DNA from: Tubiluchus corallicola
Lineage: Eukaryota > Animalia > Priapulida
Length of the DNA: 64,000 nucleotides
Reading direction: 5' to 3'
Assembly: GCA_030141605.1 (NCBI GenBank)
Contig: JAQGDQ010000066.1
Span: forward strand, 660,693-724,692
Positions 41,801 through 53,800 of the stretch are shown here, piece by piece (positions within the stretch are counted from its first letter, which is position 1; each line of letters opens with the position of its first letter). The notes under the pieces are model-generated. The model did not search any database. It had not been told where the DNA came from and was given only the letters and a program-made list of their open reading frames with translations. The position numbers were made by a program, and so were the translations under genes.

Positions 41801-44800
41801 CACTCATCTTTTATTTTTCTAAGCAATACCTGGCCTATTTTTTTAATGTAAGTAAATGGAAGTCATTTAATTTTCTGATTACACTTTTTCTGCTTGTGGA
41901 CTTTTGTGTCACATTTTCGAGCTGAGTTGTTCTTTTTAATCACTAGTCCTTCACATTTCTTTTTGCTGCAGATAGCACTGAAGCGTTCACCCCCGGCTAT
42001 TTGGGAACTCGTCTGCCATACCTAAAATAATACTTCTTTTCACTGATATACACTTTTTCTTGGCTGAGTCTTCTTAAACACCTTCTTTGAACTTTGAAAT
42101 TAGAACTGATAGCCACCATGTCATAAGTTTTCAGTTTTCTTCTCTTCTTGTGTCGTACCGCTCTACATGAACCCCAGATTCATCTTAAAGTTGTTAAACT
42201 TTGTAGACCTTTTCAGAAACCTCATTATATTTCAACCCATTAAGTCCTTTTCCTTCCTCGTGTACACTTGTCACACACTTAAGGCACTTGTTTTTCTTAT
42301 TTCCTTTGTGTGCAGCAATAGGTGTTGTGTATGTAAAAAGTTATTTGTAGTCACAGAGTCATGTTAGAAAAATTAAAAATGTTGAAAAGGGTGAGAATGA
42401 ATTACCAGATATCATGCAGTTTGTTGAGTGTACACCTTTAGATTATGTCTGCTGGAATGTTTGATTTTTTCCATAGTATACCAGCCTGGAATTACGTGTT
42501 ATCAAGAATGGTTTCATTTAGCATTTTTGATATAGATTTTGGTTCTTGTTATGCTTTGCAAGAATGTGCTCCAATGTTACAGATTTTACTAAAAGATGGC
42601 AGGCTATTTATACACTCTAAATGCTAAAAGGAAGTTATCAATGCATCAAACTTACAAATCATTCTCCATGTATTTTTAATATGCATCTAGAACTGATATA
42701 TAAATTCAACAAGTTTTCTATCAAGCAAGTGTCTGTTGTAATAGGGTTTGTAAAGGGAATTTGATAATTGTTATTTTGTAAGAACTGCATTGTTTTGTGT
42801 ATCAAGGGTATGATTATGCATAGGTGTGCATGCTTATATGCATATGCAAGTGTGCATTGTGATCATTTAGGTTACGTGCATTGTCTTCATTATGTATCAA
42901 GTTTTTCTTTCCAGGTATATGTGTGGGTGTTGGTAGCTCACCTGATAACAACTTGCACACATGTAGTGAAGTAGGGTTTTTACTGGTTTAATCATTTTTG
43001 TGTTGGGTTGTGCCATTGATTCTGTCTTGATTAGTTTCTTGCATGACAGTAATTACACATGATGCTAAATCATTAGCCTTTAATTTACTTTCAGGTTGTG
43101 TTAAAAAAGCATGAAAGGCCTACAGTAGCCGACTTTGAAGCTGATGCTGATGTGTTCCACCTTCCTGTGCCTCGTGAAGATCCATACTCTTCCGAGTTGC
43201 CCGATAACATCCTCAGCTTTCGCAACACTAAAGACACGGCTATTCAATACTTTGTTGGATTTTTATTTGATTCGTACTACACTCCGCCTTGTCATAAACC
43301 TTTGCTGGTGTGTAAAAGTGAAGCCCAGGCTTGCTTAGCTAATTTTACATGTAGTATAGTGGTTGATAATCAGACGTGCGCTAGACTTGCAGATGAAGCA
43401 TGCAGTGTTGATGCATGCATGGAGAAACAGCCATGTTATGGTGACTGGGTAGAACACTGCATGAATGTGTCTTTTAGGTGCATAATGAAAGAGCGGCGTT
43501 GTCGAAAGCCAGTAAACTTTGAGTGTGAGACAGCCTATTATGGTTGCCTTGGTAACTGCAGCAGTGAAAATAGCACGTGTAAGGAAGACTGTTTCTTAAG
43601 CAGGGCAGATTGTTACAAAGGTGACGAGGATGATGATGACAGCGATGATAAGGCTGAACCATGTTATTCAGTGAGTGATTGCATTAATAAGACAGATGCT
43701 GCTTGTAATGAAACCTTGCACCGTGAAACTGATAGAAGGCACTGCAGATACATGTACGCAGTGTGTGCTCATGAGTTCATTGGAAACTGCTCCGCCAAGC
43801 TCTCTGCATGTCGCAGTAATTGCACATGTAACGAACCGCCTTGTGACTCTGCAATTAGATCAGATTGTGTGGAACAGTGCATGTCTGAGTACCGCTTTTG
43901 CACCGCATTTGTTGCTGATACGTGCGTAAAATTTGTCCTCAGAAGCGATTTGTTTTGCGGAACTATTTGGTGGGAAGAGCGTTCTCGTAACAATGCTGTC
44001 AAAAACAGTGAAACAAATGTGAGGAGTTTAGATGAAGTCACAAAAGGTAGTATGTCTACTTTTGTATTAAATATGAAAGAGTATACAAATGTGTGCAATT
44101 TCTGTGGCAGTTACATATGCAACACTGTAGACAATGATAAGTGTGCAATGTATGATAGTTCTATGTTAGAACTCTGTTGCTACACTAACATCTTTTACTG
44201 CACATTTATCCTTTTCACAACCTAAACTGCTTCCATGTGTATATGCTGTAATGTGGCTTTTTATTATTACATTTTTGCTTTTAGATAAATTGGAAATACA
44301 AACCAAAATGAAAAAAACATTTTTCTACACTATAAGCTGTGGAAACTGATTGAACCGAAAAATACACATCAGAATTCTATATACTTTGCATTGAATTAAT
44401 ATACCAAAAACAACTATTTTTTAAGTGCCCGGGTGCTTGAAGTGAAAGATATCCTAAGGTATGATGTGTTAACGGGGGACTATCACAAAAATCAAGTTTA
44501 ACTCATGTTGTCATTGCCTTACCTATGGACAGCTTGAGAATAATTTTTTTGTAATACATGTTGTCTAATTAATGAGTAATTAACTTTTTTGTATCCTGCG
44601 GGAAACGAAGGGAGCGGTGTTTATGCCTGTCGCTTTGAAAATATTGAACTAATGCAGCTCCTGCTAATGACATCACAGACAGTGAACCCCACACTGAGTT
44701 GCAACAGTTCTATACACATCTGGGCTGTAAATAACGCTGTTATTTACTACATTACACACTGATAATTTCAGTACTTGCATTGAGTCGGATAGGTTGTCAG

Positions 44801-47800
44801 CTTATAGAAATGACTGTCATTGTGCCCATTCACATGATTTGTTAATGAGTGATACTTTTACAACCATGCCAATAAAAATTCTTTTAATTTTCAGCACTTC
44901 TCTTAATGCTTTTTTGTTGAATGCACGGTATCTTGTAAGTCGCTATACACTATACATTTTTTCACATTTTTTTAACAAAGAAATCAAAATGTTCGAAGAT
45001 TGGTACAGATGAACTAAAACCTTGGGCGATTCTTTTAGTCAAATTAGTTAAAAATCTGGAAGGAATTAATGCACTGATAGGTTTTGCTATTTTCACTACC
45101 TTTTACAGGCATTAGCTTGCAATGAGCCTCTCACATCCCATGAGTGGTGAAACACAGGTGCTGTTTGTTGAAAAACTACATTGTTAATAGTGAGAGAATT
45201 AGTTTGGTTCATATGGTGCTCTGTCTTTCTAACGAGCTTCAGTTGGTAATTGAAGGACTTCTTGCCAGGCTGATTTGGCACCTCATTTCTAACCTACTAT
45301 TATTGCCCTAGCAATGGTGTTCCAATCAAAAAATAAAAAGAATTGCCATAGGCCCTTTTTTTATTCATGTTAAAACTTGCTGAGATTGGAGAAAGAATTT
45401 AAAAGAAAATTATAAATGAAAATGTTTAGTGACATTTGAGACACCTGGTCACACCTTATACTTCATGTAGTGTTTTAACTCAAAGTTTGCATGATATATT
45501 AATCACAGAGTGGTCAGCAATGTTATAAAAGTACTATAAGCTTGTTGTTTGTCTTTGTAGATTCAGTGCTTGTTAAATACCGAATTGGTACTGTAACAGC
45601 AGATGTAGCTGATAGTGGTACCAGTGCAAGTGTATATGTCATTATACATGGCAGCCACGGGACAACAATTAAAATGATGCTGGATAATTCTGCCAACAAT
45701 AATGAACGTGCTGGGTACGTTTACTCTGTAAATTGTGTAATAGAATTAACTCGTTTGTATCTAAGAACTTGGGTATTGTGAAGGTATTGTGATGCCGTTG
45801 TTGATATATTAAAATCAATCAAAATGTTTTCACGGCAACCTTTAAATTATTTACAAAACTTGAATTTCATAAAACCTGGTATGTTGATATGAGATTATTG
45901 TTGTAGATTATATAAAGTTTGAAATACCTTCTTTTATAAAACTGCAAGTCCTTCAGAGTGTAGATCTTTTAATTTGTAATCAGTTTTAAAAAATCTTAAG
46001 AATTAGGGCTTGTGGAATAACAGTGTACTTGGCTGCAATAATTAAGCAGAGGCTGAAGCGTCGCTTACCCTGGTTAGTGAATAGTTGGGTGAATGTTGGG
46101 TAATTTGTACAGTTTCGTCAACTATACTGCCTTCAGTTATTTCGCTTGCTGAAAGATCATGTATATTGTTATTGGAAAATCAACCCTTTCCAAATTAGTA
46201 AAATAGACATTGCTAATTAAGCGCTTGTATATGTGCTGTGTAAAGTCAAATAGCAATAATAAACTGCTTTGAATTTCTATGTAAGTTCACTCTGTGTAAG
46301 CGCTCGTGGCTATAATGTCGCCTTTCTTTCATTTAGATTGTGTACTTAAGGTCACCTGCATGTGTGCATGGGTAACGATGCTTTTTTGGTTTAATGTATG
46401 AACAACTCGTCTATAAAACTAAAGTGTGACCTATTGCCTGTGACCTCTTTCTTAGCAGGTACCTGAGAAAGCAGGTCTATCTGCCCTTATTCACAAATAC
46501 AGGCATTTTTCACAAATCATAATGTAGGCCTGTATTTTATAAATTATTAGATAATTTAGTGATGTGAATTTTGAAACAATTTTATTGTGATTTGATATTG
46601 CTTGGCTTGTCAAATTAAATTTCCAGTGTAATTAACGTGCAATAGCTGAAAATCCAAGCTTTGTGAAGAAAAGAAATACATTGTTATTGTGGCCACATTT
46701 TTGCACAATTTCTTACTGTTTTTCTAATGACTATTGTTTGACTAATCAATTGTTCCACAGCACAATTAATACAAGTCTCAGGTGCGAGCAAATCAATTTG
46801 TTCAGTACACAACCTGGATGTATCTACCGTAAGTTCTCTCCCGCTAAGCTAATTTATAAACTTATCAAGTTCTTCTAAATAAATTCCAAGTTCAAACACA
46901 TTTTTCGATAATTATGTGTAAACCATGGTTCACTTTATAGGTTCAGGTGTTTATGTTGAAAGGTTTTCTGGTTCAGGCACTTATCTTCGATAAATTACTG
47001 GACTTCTGTCTCAACTTACGTTTAAAAAAGGAAACCAATATTGTTTTAATATCAATTAAATATGTCTTTGATATGTGAAATTTGAAAACCCTTACCTGCT
47101 TTCTTTAAATGTTCATTTAATTTTATAAAAGTTATGTATGATTTGAGAAGGAAAATGTAGCATTTGAGACTGTCCTGAATGTCACAATATGGGAGGATAA
47201 CAGATCCTTTTGTTCATGTTCAAAGGAACAGTTCCTTCGTGGTTATTATATACTACTCGTTATCCCGTTGTAACTACTTGTAGTGTGGTAATAAATCTAT
47301 TATTTGTGAAAATTTTATCTTAATTTTTCATTGTCATTGGACAAAACGTTTCATAACTGTTGCAGTTGCTTGCACTTGATGTTGCTGGATGTCCACAAAA
47401 ACCTGTTTATTTACCATAACCTTAAAAAAAACGATGATTTCATTAGCTGGTATTAGTTGGTATTTTGTATTGTGCCATCTGTCCTGTACAAAAAGAAAAT
47501 CACTATACTACTTTTGTTTGATTGCATGTGCTGACAAGAGTTGTAATTTAGTAATCATCAAATATTCTTCATTATTTTGTCACAGTTACCGTTACAATAA
47601 TATGTTTATTAATGTTTAATAAAAATACATAAACTTAAGTAGCTAAGATTTGTAAAATGTTTAGCTTACACGATCCTGAAAGACGCAGTTTAGCTTACAC
47701 GATCCTGTAAGACACAGTTTAAACATCATCCTCATGCTTCAAATATGTCTTTATTAAATGATATTTCACCTCTACAATCTTTGCTGCTTTTACAACTCAG

Positions 47801-50800
47801 TGTCCTTAAATGAGGTCTTACAGTACGAATACAATGTTGTTAGATTTTAAAAACCTCATAGATAATTAGCAAGTATCACTAAGTTACAGATGCATATGCA
47901 TTCCACTGGTAGTGATCAAACTGAACGAGCGCACCACACTGATAGAAAAGATGTGTTTGGTAGTAACACTTGTTTTGACCGCCAATTATCAGTGAACACA
48001 TGAACTGGTTTCTGGCATGCTATATTAATACGCAGTGGATATTTCTTTGATTTCACCAGTTAGTTAGATAGATATTTAATATCAGACTTTTTTATAATTT
48101 TTTTGGTTAATTGTTTGATGCTGGTATATTTTAGCCAATTAGTTTTTTATTTTCAGAATTGATTGGTTTGAGGAGGAAAATGTCGCAGTTGGGACCATCC
48201 TGAATGTCACAATATGGGAGGATAATTCAGGATTGGCTCCCGACTGGTTATTGGAAAAGGTAAAGCAAAAAGCAAAAACGTGTGTTCGTTGGCGAGATAC
48301 ACGAATTTATCTATCAAAGAAATATCTCTAAAGTATACTACAAAGTAATGAACATAATTGTCACTTTGTATGAAGCTGTTTGATGGATGATAATATGTAG
48401 GAGCTAGTTCATTATTAGTGGTCTTTTGCTATGATTGTATACCACTAATCTTCTGGGCGTAACTGTTTGTAGTGTGTTAGTCAGTGCATCTATTATTTGT
48501 GAATATTTTATTTTGGTTTTTCATTGTTGTCGGGCAAAGCCTGTACCTGATTTACACTGAACGCTGTTAAACGTTCAGGAAAACATGTATTATGCCACCA
48601 GCTGCCAAAAAACTAATGATTCCATTTACTAGACAATTTGTTACTTTGTGTGGTGTCACAAAACTAATTGAAATTTTGGTGTAGTGTTTCTGTGACTTCT
48701 GTGACATCTGTGCACTTGAATAATTCCTTTGGACGCTTCAGAATTTTATTAGTAATTTTTTGTATCTTGAATATGAATTTTGCACATGAGCAATTTGTGT
48801 ACTTGTTTTGCTTATTTTAAGTAAATACGATGCATTTAAGTGCAATACAATGTACGGAACGCATACATTAGAATATGATGCTAAGTCATTGAAAAACACA
48901 AACATTTTTATGAAGCTTCGAAATCTAAACAGTACTGCTGCTGTAATGATTGTTAGATGGATGAGTTATTGATAAGTGTTACTTAAATTCACATCAATGA
49001 TTAAAATGAACTACTTTGCAGCATTTATGTTACAAATTTTTGCACTTTTTTGCAATTAATACAGTAAGTGTTTATATCCTAACTTTTTAGCTGCAGCTCT
49101 TAGTATTTTTAAAATAGTTTTCAAATGAAGTGTGTTGTATTGCAGCCACATGATCACAGTCATCATTATAAAAAAATTGATATTAATTATTATATTGAAA
49201 AAAAATTACAGGTGTTTATGTTAACTGCATCAAATATCTTGGCCAAGGATTGCAGTTAAAGTGTGTAATTATCAAAGTGTTTTTTAAAAACTGAAAAACA
49301 TACTCTGTTTTATTTGCTATGCTGAATCTGGTTGTTTACCTTGTAAAAGGAGGATATATATATATATACATTCAAATGTGGCTGAGATACTTCTTCGGAA
49401 TCAGTGACTTAGCCTTGATAATGAGGTTTTTGTCTTGACACAACCACTCACAGTATAAGTAGGCTGTGTCATTGAATGTTGTATTCTGGCTTGCAGTTAC
49501 TGAATTGTATAAAAAAATTTGTAATGGTACATTTGCTGTTGCTTTGTTCAAGTATCAAATTCAAAAGCTTAACACGTACACAATTCAGCTGTAAGGTTAA
49601 TTACTCACTGTCAAAAATTCGACTATGTCATTCCAATATTCAGAGAATTGCACTTGTTCCCAACTGAGTGCATAATAAAATTTAAAATAAATTTAATAAC
49701 TTACAGAGCGATCAATGGTGTTTCACTTATTTACATATCAGACCTTCTCAAGCCATATGTTCCTTGCAGAACATTAAAATCTATCTCAAATAGAAGTGAT
49801 CTTAAAGTCCCACTTGCCAGGCTTGTCACTGCCCTTAGACTGTGGAACTCTTTACCAATGCAATTATGCCAGATGAAGTCACTTGGCAGTTAAAAAAATT
49901 GAAAACTCCCTATTTTAGTGAAGCTTTTTGTAATTAAGATAATTGTGCCTAGTCTGTGTTTGTGCATGTTTTGTAGCATTGCCTTTATTATTTTACTATT
50001 TTTTTCTGTGCTATGATTTCTTTCTTTTTTTCATATTTAATTTACTTTTAATCACTTAATGTGCCTTGGTCTTAGATGTCTTATGAATTCATTTTTTAGT
50101 AATTTGATAGTCTTTTACTTTTTTAAATCTTCTGTAAAATGTAATCTTCATGTAAACTGCATTAAAAATATTTCATAAAATAATTATTATTAATTGTTGC
50201 TGATTCTTGTTGTTTAGTATGTATTGGATGTAAGTAGTAAACGAATGTGATGATGCGCTGGCAGTGATACATTAAGATGAAAATGTCATATTGTTTACAT
50301 TTCAGTCTAACTTTGTTCTTTTATTTCACTAGCTGGTGATAGAACTTGGCTACTTAGTCTACACATGTCCATGCATGAAGTGGTTCGACGGAGCTCCTCG
50401 TGAAAATGCGCAGACATTTCCCTGTTACCTCAAAGCAAATAATACTCCACCAGGTATGAGTTTAGTAGTTAAAGTAATACTGATAAATGTTTTCTTATTA
50501 GTGTGTTAGTTAAATGATGAGTTAAGCAAATTTATAAGGTTCAGTGGAGGAATTTTTTTTAAAATTATTTTTATGTAATTTACCCAGATAGGTTCCCTAA
50601 TAGTAGTACTTTTTTCACCAGTCAGATAGTGGGATAGCAAATTGTCTAGGTTGGTCCAACACAACCAGGGCAATTTTGAGCATTATCCAATTTGCAAGTA
50701 CAAATGAAATGAATAGGATAAAAATAAAAAAAGAGAGATTCCCACATGTAAATATAGGTATATTAATGACGTCAGCATTATTTTCACTGTCTTTTCCACA

Positions 50801-53800
50801 ATGTGTATTTTACAAAATATCAAAAGATTATGTCTTGGTAAAAGATTTATGTTTTTGATCCGGGCATTTAATAAAAGGGAACAAAAAATCATCATTAATT
50901 TTCCATCACTGATTAAAAAAATTTATACCAAAAATAATGCAGAGAATGCAACCGTGTTTGCAGTCGTTATACAAATTATTTGAAAATTCCTCCATACCTT
51001 TTCTGCGGGATGAGGAAGAATCTTGTATGAACTAGGTTAACCAGTTGTTCAAAGTTGTGTAAACTAAATGTTGCCAATTTTGTACCAACATGGTGACAAT
51101 ATTTCCTGAACATATTTTTTGTCGATTTTGGCAAGATCGTGACCACATGGTGACAATATTGTATGCTGCCTGGGTAGCTGCTTGGATGGTCTTGGAAAAA
51201 TAAGCAAAGAAAGAAATAGTCCATAGGGTGTATATAGTAAGTGTTATCGTCATTATCATCACCTTCTTCATCATCAGTTATAACATGCTCTAGTTACATC
51301 TGTGTAATTTGGTAACTACTGTATTAATAAAACTGAAAATTGTGCTCGTTCAGTATCATTAAATATGTCCTTGATAACCAGCTTTTGTACTTTACCTCTT
51401 AGTGTTTTGTTATCTTAAATATTTGTGACTGTAACTTGTGTGTGATGTTCCTTCTGTTTGCGAGGTATTTCTTTACAAAAGTAAAGCTCACAAATAAAAC
51501 TTTATATTTATTTTGTTGTTTTCTTTCTCTTCATATATTTTGCACATTTGGAAAGCGTTTTTGCAAGTTTGTAACACCAGATTACCTGTGCTAGTGGTGA
51601 TAATGAAAAATTATTTCTAACATTTTACTGAAATATGGTGCATGAGTTGGTGCCATGATTGATATTTTAAACAAGTTTCTTCATACGAAATTTCCAACAT
51701 GAATTCCGTAATGCTACCACATTGCAGAGGTAAATTTGTTTTGTTTCAGAAAAACTGAATGTAGTGCCGATCAACTTTACTGTCGGTTTTTATAATTCCC
51801 GTTGCGTGTATTGGGATGAGAAAAAGGAGGAGTTTAGAAGTGAAGGATGTTTGGTATGTGTCCTTATAGCCCCAAACACTTTGAATGGCAACCATTTTTC
51901 AGAAAGGAATGATTTTCAAATTATTATTAAGTCATACAAATGAATTTAGTAAAGCCGTTCTTGGCACTTTGATGCTATATGATGTGTGCACAGTAAATTC
52001 TTAATTATTAAAACACGATTTATCTCATGTCTGTGTTGTAATTTTGAACTTTATGTAAATTACTGGTTTATTACTGTAAACACAAAGTTGAAGGTCTATA
52101 CATTTGAAACAGCAGTTTCATTACATTGTTACATCAGTTTCAGCATGTATTCAGTCTAATGCAATTTTGACTATATATGACTATTAATTAATTTTTGTTA
52201 ATTCTGATACGCAAGTTTCTTGTAAAGTTGTAATTAGTAAATTTTTGCCTGATTTTTAATTTCTGCTAAATCAACCACAGGCAGCTAGTAGCTGATGATT
52301 ACTTATTTACATAACCAGGCTTCTGTTGATAGAAACATTAGTCACAGCAATTTCTGAACTATGAAGGCTTATAACAGCAAACAGAACCAAACTCACATTT
52401 ATTTCATAAAAATAAGCAATTTGAACTACTTTTGTCTTAAAACGTGTTTATGTTGTAACTATTTCTAGTTATTTTAAGTTATATTGAAATGAATTTTTGT
52501 TAATAGGTGGGACCTCTTACGACAGAAAAAAGAATGCACTGTGTGTGTTATCACCTCACTGCTTTTGCTGGCAGCTTTCTTGTAATGCCAAACGAGATAC
52601 AACCATTTGAAGAGGCTGAATTGTTTTTGACTTTTTTCGACAACCCTGTAACAATACTGCTAGTTGTACTGATTTGGATAATTTACTTTGTTTTGCTTGT
52701 GTACTCATACAGAAAAGATAAAGCAGACACCTCAAGGGTAATCATTTTCTATTCTCGAATGTTGTTCCAGGCTAGGCCCGGAGGTGGCTGTGTTTATAGC
52801 TAACAGTTAGTTCTTTCTTTCTGTCCGTTTATTTGAAAAACTGTAAATGAATTTTCATGATATTTTAAGTAAATGAGGAAAAGTTTAGAGAAATGCTGAA
52901 TGTTGCTGTGAAATTGCCAAAGGTGTTTAGGTGTTTAATGCCACTTGATATTCTTATTCATAACTGATATTTTAGTGAACCAGTTTTGCAAACTATACTC
53001 CTGTATCTGCTCTTTGCAAGTCAAAAGTCATATTTTGTGGTTTTAGTGTGAACCTATCCAGCAGTGCTTAAAGGGTTTGTAGTTAGTTATGAAAATGCAA
53101 ATTACCCAAGATTTCTTTATACCTAAAAAGAGTCAAATGTATATGTTTTGTTATTTTTTAATTTATTTAAATTTAGGGAATAATTTCTATGAAAAAAAAT
53201 TGCACAAGTATAAACAAATTTATAAATTTACGTAAATGTTAAAATGTTCACCATCATCATCGTACTCCCTTTACATCTATTTACAGACGGTGAATGGGCA
53301 ATTTTTAGATTACTAGTTCTAATTTTGCTTCATTTCGATGGATACAGTAAATAGTCACTGTAACAGACAGGGCAGTTGCTCTATTGATATCTTCTGAAAT
53401 TAGCATTTTCGATTTTTGTTGGCAGGTTGGTGTGACGATACTTGAAGATAACAATCCACATGATAAGTATGTTTATCTTATCATCACTTATACTGGAATC
53501 AGAAAAGGTGCAGCTACGACCGCTACTGTCACTGTAGTGATAAAAGGTATAGTACATTCAATGAGGACAGCTTGCTGAAATTGTCTTGTTTTTTTTTAAA
53601 TGTTTTTTTAATGTAGCATTTGTTGTAATATGAAAATTGCAAAACATGTGCTTCATTTTGCATGTTATTCTTAATTTTACACGGCTGGCACTTACTAATT
53701 AGATCCACCAGAAGAGTGTCGTAGAGAGTTTTCGAAAAATAGGCATCTTGAATTTTGCCTATGTAATTTGTAAGAAATATGCCTATTTTCACGATGTGTC

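Noticed and set aside
44047-44225. Continuation of the 375-aa ORF, read as a standalone Cys-rich gene
   Set aside because: It has no signal peptide or true ATG start. Splice sites at 43095 and 44046 match the phases of the flanking exons, so the tail is most simply intron read-through.
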